Positions 52,873 through 63,763 of a stretch of 64,000 nt of DNA are shown here, in pieces. The first letter of the stretch is position 1; each line of letters opens with the position of its first letter. The notes beneath the pieces were generated by a model that saw only the letters and a program-made list of their open reading frames with translations, had not been told where the DNA came from and did no database searches. The stretch spans positions 256,001 to 320,000 of the forward strand of contig CAWHTE010000007.1 in assembly GCA_963832165.1 (NCBI GenBank), given 5' to 3'. The position numbers and the translations under genes are program-made. This stretch comes from an uncultured delta proteobacterium (GTDB taxonomy: Bacteria > Myxococcota_A > UBA9160 > SMWR01).

Positions 52873-53661
52873 GGTCCACGAAATCCACACTCGCGCTGGT
52901 ACTTGCTCGCCGTGATGATGGGCGCCGGGCCGGCTTCCCCAGAGGATAAGGAGCCGATTCGTCCCGCGAAGTCGGACAGCGGCGCTTCCGCGAAGGACAA
53001 GGCCCCCGCGAAGGCGAAGCCCGCCGCGGGCAAGGGCTCGTCGCTCACCGTCTACGTGCCGCCGCCGCGCGGCGCGGTCGGCGCGCGCACGGGGGGCGGC
53101 ACGCGCGGCGCTGCGAACGCGCCGCGGCTTGCAGTGCTCGCGCCCGACCATGTCGGCCTCACGACGCGCGCGCAGCCCACGCTCGCGTGGTACCTGTCCG
53201 CCGCCACCAGCCAGCCGATCGAGCTCACGGTGATCGCCGACGACGCCGTCGAGCCGCTCGTCGTGAAGCAGCTGACGGGCCCGATGCAGCCCGGCGTCCA
53301 CCTGGTCGATCTCGCGCAGGAAGGGGTTCAGCTGAAGGAGGGCACTACTTATGACTGGTACGTGGCGCTCGTGCTCGACCCGAAGGCGCGCGACGCCGAC
53401 GTGATTGCGGGCGGTGCGATCGAGCGCCGCGCGCCCCCGACCGGGCTCAGCGCCGAGCTCGCCAAGGGCGAGCCCTCGTATCGCGTGCTCGCACGCAACG
53501 GCATCTGGTACGACGCGATCGCCGATCTGTCGGCCGCGATCGCGGCTGCACCCGACGGCGCACCGGCGCTGCGCGCCGAGCGCTCTGCGCTGCTCGAACA
53601 GGTAGGCGTCGGCGCCGTGGCGCTCTACGAGCGCGAAGGGGGATCAGGCCAAAGGCCGTAA
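52869..53661 (+). CDS. DUF928-like exported protein; likely a 1-nt frameshift near 52900
   Basis: GGGTRG, GLTTRAQPTLAWY and GIWYDAI motifs; ATG 52869 has an AGGAGG RBS but is out of frame with ORF 52903-53661. Confidence 0.75.
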
Positions 53662-53678
53662 TCCGCCGTCGAGCACCG

Positions 53679-54221
53679 CTACAGCAGATCCCCCTGCCGC
53701 GGCAGCGCGTGCTCGAGCGCGAGCAGCCGCTTCTTGAGCGGGAGCCCGCCGCCGTATCCGCCGAGCTTGCCGTCGGCGTTCACGACGCGGTGGCACGGCA
53801 CGATGATCGCGATCGGGTTCGCGCCGTTCGCGGCGCCGACCGCGCGCGGCGCATTCGGGCGGCCGACGCGCCGCGCCTGCTCCGCGTACGAGATCGTCTC
53901 GCCGTACGGGATCGCACACAGCGCGCGCCACACCGCGAGCTGGAACTCGGTGCCGCGCAGATCGAGCGGGAGGTCGAAGTCACGGCGCTTGCCCGCGAGA
54001 TACTCGAGCAGCTGCTTCGCGGCGCGCTGGTTCGGCGCGAAGCCCTGCTCGACGCGCGCGCCGCGCGCCCAGCGGCGCAGCCAGCCCGCGAGACCGCTGC
54101 CGTTCGAGCGCGGCAGCTCGAGGAACGCGAGCCCTGCATCCGTCGACGCGAGCCGCAGCTCGCCGATCGGAGTGTCCACGCGCGCGACGTGGACGGTCTC
54201 GACGCTCTGGACGCTCGCCAT
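53679..54221 (-). CDS. ogt: Methylated-DNA--protein-cysteine methyltransferase
   Basis: GTEFQ, IPYGETISY, IIVPCHRV. Confidence 0.95.
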   Translation of the reverse strand: MASVQSVETVHVARVDTPIGELRLASTDAGLAFLELPRSNGSGLAGWLRRWARGARVEQGFAPNQRAAKQLLEYLAGKRRDFDLPLDLRGTEFQLAVWRALCAIPYGETISYAEQARRVGRPNAPRAVGAANGANPIAIIVPCHRVVNADGKLGGYGGGLPLKKRLLALEHALPRQGDLL

Positions 54222-54232
54222 GCCTCACCATA

Positions 54233-55729
<1,497 letters not shown>

Positions 55730-55783
55730 GGGCGGACACTAGCCCCACCCAACCGACCTTCGCTCGGCTGCGCGCTCCTGATG

Positions 55784-55812
55784 GCCTCCGCTCGCCTGCG
55801 GCTCGCTGCGCG
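55784..55812 (+). repeat. Dispersed REP-like intergenic repeat, copy 2
   Basis: GCCTCCGCTCGCCTGCGGCTCGCTGCGCG matches 47871-47899 inverted. Confidence 0.75.
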
Positions 55813-55854
55813 AAACTTGCGCTGCGCGGCCGCTTCGCGGCCTTGCAGAGGCGT

Positions 55855-55889
55855 GCCCCGGCGTGCGCGTAGCTACCGCACGCCGGGGC
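55855..55889. terminator. 13-bp-stem hairpin downstream of the basic protein gene
   Basis: GCCCCGGCGTGCG-9 nt-CGCACGCCGGGGC; no U-tract. Confidence 0.5.
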
Positions 55890-55901
55890 TTCGGCCTCTA
55901 G

Positions 55902-56255
55902 CTAGCGGCGAGCCCGCCGCGCGGTGCGGCGCTTCGCACGCGCGCGCCGCGGTGCGCGCTTCATCGCGCTCCGTCTGCCGCGCCGAGCCGCGGTGCGTCC
56001 GCGCGCCGCAGTCTTGCGCCGGCGCGCGCCGGTCCGCTTCATCTTCACCTTCGAAACGTTCCCCTTCTTGTCGATGAAGTAGAGGAAGCCCTCTTCGCGG
56101 CGGATGCCGCACTTCGCGACCTTTTGGGGCTTGCCCTTCGGCACTTTTCCGCCGCCGCGGGCCATGCGGGCGCGACTCACGTCACCTCGCTTGTCGACGT
56201 AATAGAGCCAGCCCTTCTCACGCTTGATCCCGGTCTTCTCGACTACCGTGGCCAT
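55902..56255 (-). CDS. Small, very basic protein with a duplicated ~35-aa module and Arg/Ala-rich tail (nucleoid-associated candidate)
   Basis: AAGGAG RBS; GIKREKGWLYYVDKRGDVS vs GIRREEGFLYFIDKKGNVS. Confidence 0.8.
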   Translation of the reverse strand: MATVVEKTGIKREKGWLYYVDKRGDVSRARMARGGGKVPKGKPQKVAKCGIRREEGFLYFIDKKGNVSKVKMKRTGARRRKTAARGRTAARRGRRSAMKRAPRRARAKRRTARRARR

Positions 56256-56517
56256 CGGCCATCTCCTTTTCGGGTTTTGTCCCGTCGGAGGGGGGATGGG
56301 CAGACGGAACTTTGGAGGATCTCGGAGGCGTGCGTCCGGGCACGGGCCCGACGGAGACCGAGGGGGGGAGTCCCCCGCACCGTCGGGACTGTTGCGCTCC
56401 ACCGACGGGCTGTCAACGGCTTTCCAGGTATTTACCGTCGGAGTTGCGAAACAGCCCAAACGCCGTTCTCAGGGGTCTCCGTCGGAGGCTCCGTCGAGGC
56501 CCCCGTCGAGCCTGCCG

Positions 56518-57495
56518 CTACGAAAGCGCCGCTTTGTGGGCCGCGACGCGGGCCTCGAGCGCGTCGAGGATCTCCCCCTCGAGCGAGCGGCCCTCGAGCG
56601 CGTTGATCTCCTGGACGCCCGTCGGGCTGGTCACGTTGACCTCGGTGAGCAGGCCCCCGATCACGTCGATGCCGACGAAGAACAGGCCGTCGCGCGCGAG
56701 CCACGGAGCGATCCGGTCGACGATCCGGCGATCCGCCTCGTCGAGCTGCGTCTTCGCGGGCTTGCCGCCCACGTGCAGGTTCGCGCGCGTCTCGCCGGCC
56801 GCGGGCACGCGCAGCACCGCGCCGATCGGCGCGCCGTCGACGAGCAGGATGCGCTTGTCGCCCGCGCGTACCGCGGGCACGTAGGCCTGGGCCATCGTGC
56901 GCACCGTGCCGAACCGCGTCGCCTGCTCGAGGATCGAGAACAGGTTGCGGTCGTCGTTGCGCACGTGGAACACGCCCTCGCCGCCGCGGCCGTCGAGCGG
57001 CTTCACGATCATCTCGCCGCCGAGCTTCGCGAGGAAGTCGATCAGCTCGCGGCTCGAGCTCGTCACGCGCGTGTCCGGCATCAGGTCGGCGAAGTGGAGC
57101 GCGTAGAGCTTCTCGTTCGCGGCGAGGATCCCGGCCGGGCGGTTCAGCACCAGCGCCCGACGGCACAGCGAGAGGATCTGCGTCGAGATCACGTATGCGG
57201 AGTCCACCGGGGGATCCTTGCGCTGCAGCACGACGTCGACGTCATCGTCGAGTGAAATCGAGAGCGCGTCCGCGAGATCCGCGTGGCGTCCCTGCTCGCG
57301 CCGCAATGTGACGGGGCGCACACGCGCGAGCACGCGCCCCGCGTCGACCGAGAGGTCGCCCGGGTCCACGTAGAGCACGCGATGCCCGCGCCGCTGCGCT
57401 TCCAGCATCAGCACAAATGTCGTGTCGGCGCGGATGTCGATCGAAGCGATCGGATCCATCACGAACGCGATCGACAGGTGCGGCGTCGCACTCAC
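56518..57495 (-). CDS. gshB: Glutathione synthetase
   Basis: FVMDPI, RKDPP, NEKL, KPLDGRGG, TEVNVTSPTG. Confidence 0.96.
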   Translation of the reverse strand: MSATPHLSIAFVMDPIASIDIRADTTFVLMLEAQRRGHRVLYVDPGDLSVDAGRVLARVRPVTLRREQGRHADLADALSISLDDDVDVVLQRKDPPVDSAYVISTQILSLCRRALVLNRPAGILAANEKLYALHFADLMPDTRVTSSSRELIDFLAKLGGEMIVKPLDGRGGEGVFHVRNDDRNLFSILEQATRFGTVRTMAQAYVPAVRAGDKRILLVDGAPIGAVLRVPAAGETRANLHVGGKPAKTQLDEADRRIVDRIAPWLARDGLFFVGIDVIGGLLTEVNVTSPTGVQEINALEGRSLEGEILDALEARVAAHKAALS

Positions 57496-57550
57496 TTGGG
57501 TAAACCCCTTGTTCGGCCGAAGCGGTAGCGCACGAAGAGCCGGCTTGGCT

Positions 57551-57560
57551 ACGGTAGGTT
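57551..57560. promoter_or_regulatory. Putative bidirectional promoter (TACCGT on minus, TAGGTT on plus)
   Basis: ACGGTAGGTT between the divergent gshB and PBP1A genes. Confidence 0.5.
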
Positions 57561-57575
57561 TCCTTCGGAGAGTCG

Positions 57576-60248
57576 ATGACTTCCCAGTCGTCCGGGCGCT
57601 CGCCGTGGACGCGTGTTCTGCTCGTGGTGGTCGGCCTCCTCGTCGGCGTGGGCCTCGGCGGCGGCGCGGCGTTCTACTGGCTGTTCCTGCGCGACCTCCC
57701 CGACCCTCACAGCGTCGCGGACTATCGCCCGCGCCTCGTCTCCACGGTCGTCGATCGCACCGGAGTCCCGATCGGCGAGTACTTCGAGGAGCGGCGGCGG
57801 CTCGTGCCGCTCGACGAGGTTCCGCGGCAGGTGATCGAGGCGTTCGTGTCCGCGGAGGACGCGCACTTCTTCGAGCACGAGGGGATCGACTTCACGGGCA
57901 TCGCGCGCGCGGTGTGGAAGAACCTGCTCGCGGGCGGGAAGGTCGAGGGCGCGAGCACGATCACGCAGCAGATGGTGAAGGGCCTCCTCCTCACACCCGA
58001 GCGCACCTACACGCGCAAGATCCGCGAGATGATCCTCGCGCGGCGCATCGAGCAGCGCTTCACCAAGCAGGAGATCCTGTTCCTCTATCTCAACCAGATC
58101 TACTTCGGACACGGCGCCTACGGGATCGGCGAGGCCGCGCGCAGCTACTTCGGCAAGTCGGTCGGTGAGCTCACGGTCTCGGAGGCCGCGCAGCTCGCGG
58201 GGCTGCCCAAGGCGCCCTCGAAGTACTCGCCGTTCTCGCATCCCGAGCGCGCGGAGCGACGGCGCCGCTACGTGCTGCGCCGCATGCTCGAGACGGGCGC
58301 GATCGACGAGTCGGCCCACGCGCGCGCGATCGCCGCAAAGCCGCAGTTCGTCGACGGATCGCTCGGCGACGAGTTCGAGGACGCCGCCTACTTCACCGAA
58401 GAGGTGCGGCGTCTGATGTTCCAGCTGCTCGGCGGCGAGCTCGTGCTCTCGGGGGGGCTGCGGATCGAGACGACGCTCGACGCGAAGCTGCAGCACGCCG
58501 CGGTGACCGCGGTCCACGATGGGCTCGAGGCGCTCGATCAGCGCAACGGCTACCGCGGTCCGCTGCGGCGCGTCGCCAAGGGCGCGCTCGAAGACGAGCT
58601 CGCGAAGGTCGCGCAGGAGAACGGCTTCGCTGCACCGGCTCCGGCCGATGCGAAGGGCGAGCCGCTCGAGCCGGCCGCGCCCGCCGCGGTCGCGGCCGCG
58701 GCGGCGGGCGAGCTCGTGGGCGAGAAATTCACGGGCGTCGTGACGCAGGTCGACGCGGGGCGGGCGCGCGTGGCGCTCGCTCCCGAGCTGCGCGGGGAGG
58801 TCGCATTCGCGGACTCGGAGTGGGCGAAGGCGCTCGCGGTCGGCGACGTCGCGCGCTTCGAGGTGCTCGCGGCCGCACCCGTGCCCGACAAGGAGAAGCC
58901 CGCGAAGGACGGGGGCGACGGCGGCGAGCGCCCGCTGCGCCTCGCGCTGTTCCAGGAGCCGCAGGTCGAGGGTGCGCTGCTCTCGATCGACGTGGGCAGC
59001 GGCGACATCGTCGCGCTCGTGGGCGGCTACGACTTCGCGCGCAGCCAGTTCGATCGCGCCACGCAGTCGCGGCGCCAGCCCGGCTCGGCGTTCAAGCCGC
59101 TCGTGTACGGCGCGGCGCTCTCGATGGCCGACGATGCCGGGCACCCGCGCTACACGCCGGCCTCGATCGTGCACGACCGCCCGAACGTCTTCACGGATCA
59201 GAGCTCCGGCTTCGTCTGGAAGCCCCAGAACTATGAGCGCGAGTTCTACGGCCCGATCACGCTGCGCAAGGCGCTCTCGAAGTCGGTGAACAACGCCACG
59301 ATCCAGCTCTGCAACGAGATCGGCATCGGCGCCGTGATCCGCTATGCGAGGCGGCTCGGCATCCGCTCACCGCTCGAGCCCTCGCTCGCGACCGCGCTCG
59401 GCACCAACGGCGTGTCGCTGCTCGAGCTCACGCGCGCGTATGCGGTGTTCCCGAACGGCGGCCGGAAGGTCGTGCCGCGCTTCGTGGCGCGCGTGCTCGA
59501 CCGCGATGGCAACGTGCTGCTCGAGAACGTGCCGTTCGGCGATCCGCTCGAAGACGCCCCGGTAGCCGGTGTCGCCAACGCGAAGGCGCTGCAGCCGGCT
59601 CCCACCGCGCTCACCGACGAGGCCGTCGACGCCGCGGTGGAGGCGATCGAGCGCGGCGAGCAGCCCGACGCTGCGGCGGCGGTCGTCGCGGGCGCAGCCG
59701 GCGAAGCACCCGCCGACCCGAATCAGGTCCTTCCGCCCGAGCAGGCGTATCTGGTCACGGACATGATGCGCGCGGTGGTGCTCGAGGGCACCGGACAGCG
59801 CGCGCGCAGCCTCGGTCGTCCCGTCGCCGGCAAGACCGGCACCACGAACGATCAGGCTGATGCGTGGTTCGTGGGCTTCTCGCCCGAGGTCGCGACGGGC
59901 GTCTGGGTGGGCTTCGACGAGACCCGATTCCTCGGCCACGGCGAGACCGGCGCTCACGCGGCGCTCCCGATCTGGGTCGACTACATGCGCGCGGCGCTCG
60001 ACGGACGCCCGATGCGCGACTTCGCAGTACCCGCGAACGACAAGATCGTCTGGGCGCGGATCGACCGCGAGACGGGCCTGCTCGCGTCGACCGAGAGCAG
60101 CTCGACGATCTTCCAGTCGTTCGTCGCGGGCAGCGAGCCGACCGAGACCGCCGCATCCGCGCAGGAGACCGACCGCGCTGCGCAGGACCTGCGCGAAGAG
60201 AGCTTCCCCGACGCCGACGCCGCGGCGCGCGCGCTCGATCCGTTCTAG
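57576..60248 (+). CDS. mrcA: Penicillin-binding protein 1A (class A PBP)
   Basis: EDAHFFEH, GASTITQQ, RKIRE, GSAFKP, SVN, KTGT. Confidence 0.93.
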   Translation: MTSQSSGRSPWTRVLLVVVGLLVGVGLGGGAAFYWLFLRDLPDPHSVADYRPRLVSTVVDRTGVPIGEYFEERRRLVPLDEVPRQVIEAFVSAEDAHFFEHEGIDFTGIARAVWKNLLAGGKVEGASTITQQMVKGLLLTPERTYTRKIREMILARRIEQRFTKQEILFLYLNQIYFGHGAYGIGEAARSYFGKSVGELTVSEAAQLAGLPKAPSKYSPFSHPERAERRRRYVLRRMLETGAIDESAHARAIAAKPQFVDGSLGDEFEDAAYFTEEVRRLMFQLLGGELVLSGGLRIETTLDAKLQHAAVTAVHDGLEALDQRNGYRGPLRRVAKGALEDELAKVAQENGFAAPAPADAKGEPLEPAAPAAVAAAAAGELVGEKFTGVVTQVDAGRARVALAPELRGEVAFADSEWAKALAVGDVARFEVLAAAPVPDKEKPAKDGGDGGERPLRLALFQEPQVEGALLSIDVGSGDIVALVGGYDFARSQFDRATQSRRQPGSAFKPLVYGAALSMADDAGHPRYTPASIVHDRPNVFTDQSSGFVWKPQNYEREFYGPITLRKALSKSVNNATIQLCNEIGIGAVIRYARRLGIRSPLEPSLATALGTNGVSLLELTRAYAVFPNGGRKVVPRFVARVLDRDGNVLLENVPFGDPLEDAPVAGVANAKALQPAPTALTDEAVDAAVEAIERGEQPDAAAAVVAGAAGEAPADPNQVLPPEQAYLVTDMMRAVVLEGTGQRARSLGRPVAGKTGTTNDQADAWFVGFSPEVATGVWVGFDETRFLGHGETGAHAALPIWVDYMRAALDGRPMRDFAVPANDKIVWARIDRETGLLASTESSSTIFQSFVAGSEPTETAASAQETDRAAQDLREESFPDADAAARALDPF

Positions 60249-60322
60249 AGCACATCGCATCGCACCCACGTGCGCCGACGGTGTACCATCCCGGTCGGCC
60301 GCGGGCGTGACGAGAGGGTCCG

Positions 60323-61480
60323 ATGCGCATCGCCATCCTGTCGAGAGGCCCTCGTCTCCACAGCACGCGGCGCCTCAAGGAAGCGGCGATCGCGCGCGGT
60401 CACGAGGCGCGCGTGCTCAACACGCTGTCGTTCTCGATCGAGATCGAGCAGGGCAGTCCGCGGCTGTTCTACAAGGGCCGCGCGCTCACCCACTACGACG
60501 CGGTCATCCCGCGCATCGGTGCCTCGGTGACGTTCTTCGGCACCGCGGTCGTGCGCCAGTTCGAGCAGATGGGCGTGTTCTGCGTGAATCCGTCGCACGC
60601 GATCAGTGTCTCGCGCGACAAGCTGCGCGCGCTCCAGGTGCTCTCGCGGCACCGCGTCGGCCTGCCCAAGACGCTCTTCGTGCGGCACGAGCGCGAGATC
60701 ATCCCGGGCATCGAGCGCATGGGCGGGCCGCCCGTGGTGGTGAAGCTGCTCGAGGGCGCGCAGGGGATCGGCGTGATCCTGGCCGAGTCGACGCAAGCGG
60801 CCGAGGCGATCGTCGCGACGCTCTCGGGCCCCGCGAGGATGAGCGTGTTGATCCAGCAGTTCGTGAAGGAGAGCCGCGGCCGCGACGTGCGCGCGTTCGT
60901 GGTCGGCAACCGCGTGGTCGCGGCGATGCGCCGGGTCGCCGCGGACGGCGAGTTCCGCAGCAACGTGCACCGCGGCGGGCGCTGCGAGGAGATCCGGCTC
61001 GAGCCGGAGTACGAGCGCGTGGCCGTGCACGCGGCCCAGGTGATGGGGCTGCGCGTCGCGGGCGTCGATCTGCTCGAGGGCCGCGACGGGCCCGTGCTCC
61101 TGGAGGTGAACTCGTCGCCGGGGCTCGAGGCGATCGAGGCCGCTACCAAGGTCGACGTCGCGGGTGAGATCGTGAAGCTGATCGAGGAGGAGGTGCTGTT
61201 CCCGGAGATCGACATCCGGCAGCGGCTCACGCTCCAGAGCGGCTACGGCGTGATCGAGGTGCCCGTCGACGATCGCTCCGAACTCTGCGGCAAGACGATC
61301 GAGGAGGCCGCGCTGCGCGAGCGCGACGTGATCGTGCTGACGATCCAGCGAGGCAGCGTCACGATCCCGAATCCGAAGCCCTCTCGCGAGATCCTCACGG
61401 GCGACGTGTTGCTGTGCTTCGGCAAGACGCTCACGCTGAAGGGCCTGGCACCGAGCCGGCGCCGCGCCGCGACCGACTAA
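60323..61480 (+). CDS. rimK: RimK-family ATP-grasp ligase with C-terminal TrkA-C (RCK_C) domain
   Basis: DAVIPRIGAS, FRSNVHRGG, EVNSSPG; C-terminal LCGKTI...VLTIQRG...IPNP. Confidence 0.88.
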   Translation: MRIAILSRGPRLHSTRRLKEAAIARGHEARVLNTLSFSIEIEQGSPRLFYKGRALTHYDAVIPRIGASVTFFGTAVVRQFEQMGVFCVNPSHAISVSRDKLRALQVLSRHRVGLPKTLFVRHEREIIPGIERMGGPPVVVKLLEGAQGIGVILAESTQAAEAIVATLSGPARMSVLIQQFVKESRGRDVRAFVVGNRVVAAMRRVAADGEFRSNVHRGGRCEEIRLEPEYERVAVHAAQVMGLRVAGVDLLEGRDGPVLLEVNSSPGLEAIEAATKVDVAGEIVKLIEEEVLFPEIDIRQRLTLQSGYGVIEVPVDDRSELCGKTIEEAALRERDVIVLTIQRGSVTIPNPKPSREILTGDVLLCFGKTLTLKGLAPSRRRAATD

Positions 61481-61499
61481 CGCGAAGCGCGACCCGCGC

Positions 61500-62129
61500 T
61501 CAAGCGTCGAGCCAGCCCGCGACCGCGCGCGAGATGTCGCCGATCCCGCACTGGAAGAAGTGATCGGCGTCGGGCACGACCGCGAGGCTGCGCCGCTCCC
61601 CCTCGAACAGCCGGTCGAGCTCGGCCGGCGGTGCGAAGGTGTCGCGATCCCCGGCGACGGCGAGTATGCGGCCGCGGAAGCGATCCAATACGCCGCCGTC
61701 GAGCAGCGCGGGCGGCGGCGCGACCAGGATCAGCCGCCGCACGCGCGGATGCACGATCGCGACGCGCACGGCCGCCGCGGCCCCGAACGAATAGCCCGCC
61801 GCGACGATCGGCCCCGGCACGGTTTCCTCGAGAAAGTCGAGAGCGGCCGCATAGTCGGCGTCGGCCAGCGCGAGATCGCCGGTCGGTGCGCCGCCGCTCG
61901 CGCCCACGCCGCGCCAGTTGAAGCGCACCGTGGCGTGGCCCACCTGCTGACATGCGAAGCTCAGCTCCGAGACGACGGGCGAGTCCATGCTCCCTCCGTA
62001 GAGCGGGTGGGGCGCCGCCACCACCGCGCCGCCGGAATCCGGCCCGTCGCCCGCGTTGAAGATCCCCTCGAGCGCCCAGTCTTCGCCCGGCATCGCGATC
62101 GCGATCATCTTCTCGGTTCGAATCGTCAT
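61500..62129 (-). CDS. Alpha/beta hydrolase
   Basis: PHPLYGGSMD, RFNWRGVG, GYSFG, ADHFF. Confidence 0.92.
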   Translation of the reverse strand: MTIRTEKMIAIAMPGEDWALEGIFNAGDGPDSGGAVVAAPHPLYGGSMDSPVVSELSFACQQVGHATVRFNWRGVGASGGAPTGDLALADADYAAALDFLEETVPGPIVAAGYSFGAAAAVRVAIVHPRVRRLILVAPPPALLDGGVLDRFRGRILAVAGDRDTFAPPAELDRLFEGERRSLAVVPDADHFFQCGIGDISRAVAGWLDA

Positions 62130-62151
62130 GCGAGGCCCCCGCGCGGCACCG

Positions 62152-62161
62152 ACGTTACCTT
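62152..62161. promoter_or_regulatory. Putative bidirectional promoter (TAACGT on minus, TACCTT on plus)
   Basis: ACGTTACCTT; TACCTT lies 7 nt before the NUDIX ATG. Confidence 0.55.
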
Positions 62162-62168
62162 GCCACGC

Positions 62169-62696
62169 ATGTCGAAGCCGATCGCGACCGTAAAGACGGG
62201 CTTCCGCGTCGTGGTGTCGCACGAGCGCGTGACGCTGCCGAACGGCCGCGAGCTCCTGCTCGACATCGTGCACCACCCGGGTGCCGCGGCGGTGGTTCCG
62301 TTCACGGGCGAGCGCGAAGTGGCGCTGATCCGCCAGTACCGCCACGCGGCCGGCGGCACGATCCTCGAGGTGCCCGCCGGCAAGCTCGACGCGGGCGAGG
62401 CGCCCGAGCGCTGCGCGGCGCGCGAGCTCGAAGAGGAGGCCGGCTATCGGGCGGGCCGGATCGCCGCGCTCGGCTCGATCTGGACCACGCCCGGCTTCAC
62501 GGACGAGGTGATCCACTTGTTCGCGGCGTTCGACCTCGAGCCCGTGCCGATGCAGCACGACGACGACGAGGTGATCGAAGTGATCCGCGTGCCGCTCGCG
62601 CACGCGCTCGACCTGGTGTGGCGCGGCGAGCTGCGCGACGCGAAGAGCGCGCTCGCGCTGATCCACGCTGCGCGCCACGTGGGCGTCTTGCAGTGA
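62169..62696 (+). CDS. NUDIX hydrolase (ADP-ribose pyrophosphatase-like)
   Basis: HPGAAAVVP, RQYR, EVPAGKLD..E....AARELEEEAG, DAKS. Confidence 0.93.
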   Translation: MSKPIATVKTGFRVVVSHERVTLPNGRELLLDIVHHPGAAAVVPFTGEREVALIRQYRHAAGGTILEVPAGKLDAGEAPERCAARELEEEAGYRAGRIAALGSIWTTPGFTDEVIHLFAAFDLEPVPMQHDDDEVIEVIRVPLAHALDLVWRGELRDAKSALALIHAARHVGVLQ

Positions 62697-63622
62697 AGTG
62701 GGGTGTGGCCCTGGGCTGGCACAGCCTCGCCTGGGAAGAGCTTGTGGCGCTGGTCTCGCGCGCCGAGGCGCTCGGATACGACACGGCGTACATCGACGGC
62801 GACGTCAGCCAGCTCGCGGTGCGGCGCGAGACCGACGTGCTCGACGGCTGGAGTGCGACGATCGCGCTGCTCGTGCGCACGCAGCGAATCCGGATCGCCT
62901 CGATCCGCCTCGTGCAGCACTGGAACGCCGCGCACCTCGCGCAGGTCGCGTCCACCGCGGAGCGGATCGCGCCGGGCCGCTTCCACTTCTTCGCATCGAT
63001 CGGCGACCGCCCCGAGGATCGCGCGTGGGGGCTGCCGCTCCTGCCCGCGCGCGAGCGCGTCGAGTGGCTCGACGAGACGCTCGACGCGGTGCGCGCGCTC
63101 TGGCGCGGCGAGACCGTGACGCGCTCGGGCCGCCACGTCTCGCTCGAGGGGGCGCGCGTGCGCCCGGTGCCGCCGGGCGGCCGGATCCCGATCGAGGTGG
63201 CCGCGAAGGGCAAGCGCCTGCTCGCCGTGGTCGCGCGTCACGCGGACATCTGGAACGTGAACTGGCCTGCGATCCCGGCGCGCGTCGATGCGTCGGCCGC
63301 GGAGCTCGAGCGGGAGTGCCGCGCGCTGGGGCGCCCGCCCGAGGCGATCCGCCGCCGGCTCTGGATCTTCACGCGCCCCCAGAGCCTGTCCGCGGTCGAG
63401 GCGCTCGCGGAATTCCGGCGCTGGAACCCGTGGTTCCGCACGCTGTCCGATGAGGAGGTCGCGCCCGCGCTCGCGGTCGGTACCCCGGCCGAGTGCCGCG
63501 ACCGGATCGCCTCGCTGGCCGCCCGACTGCACCTGGAGATGCCGGTACTCGACCTGTCGGGGCTGGACGCGGCGCGGGCTCGGGAAGCACTCGAGGCCCT
63601 TCCCGCGGGAAGTCTTCGTTGA
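62693..63622 (+). CDS. LLM class flavin-dependent oxidoreductase
   Basis: AEALGYD, T.RIRI, IAPGRF, VARHADIWN, VGTPAEC. Confidence 0.85.
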   Translation: MKWGVALGWHSLAWEELVALVSRAEALGYDTAYIDGDVSQLAVRRETDVLDGWSATIALLVRTQRIRIASIRLVQHWNAAHLAQVASTAERIAPGRFHFFASIGDRPEDRAWGLPLLPARERVEWLDETLDAVRALWRGETVTRSGRHVSLEGARVRPVPPGGRIPIEVAAKGKRLLAVVARHADIWNVNWPAIPARVDASAAELERECRALGRPPEAIRRRLWIFTRPQSLSAVEALAEFRRWNPWFRTLSDEEVAPALAVGTPAECRDRIASLAARLHLEMPVLDLSGLDAARAREALEALPAGSLR

Positions 63623-63648
63623 CGCGCGCCTTCACCGTGCCGTAATCT
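63619..63648 (+). promoter_or_regulatory. sigma70-type promoter of the rhomboid gene
   Basis: TTGACG-18 bp-TAATCT. Confidence 0.6.
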
Positions 63649-63763
63649 GATTTGGATTCGCGGGATACGCGCGCCCTTCCCGCCAATCGATGGATTCGAC
63701 ACGTTCTGCTGCCACGTCCGCGCGCCGGACGCAGCGCGAATCCGTAGCGGGGGACTGAAGCGA

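Noticed and set aside
52869..52910. Programmed frameshift at the start of the DUF928-like gene
   Set aside because: No slippery sequence is present; a single indel error explains the offset between the RBS-supported ATG and the downstream ORF.
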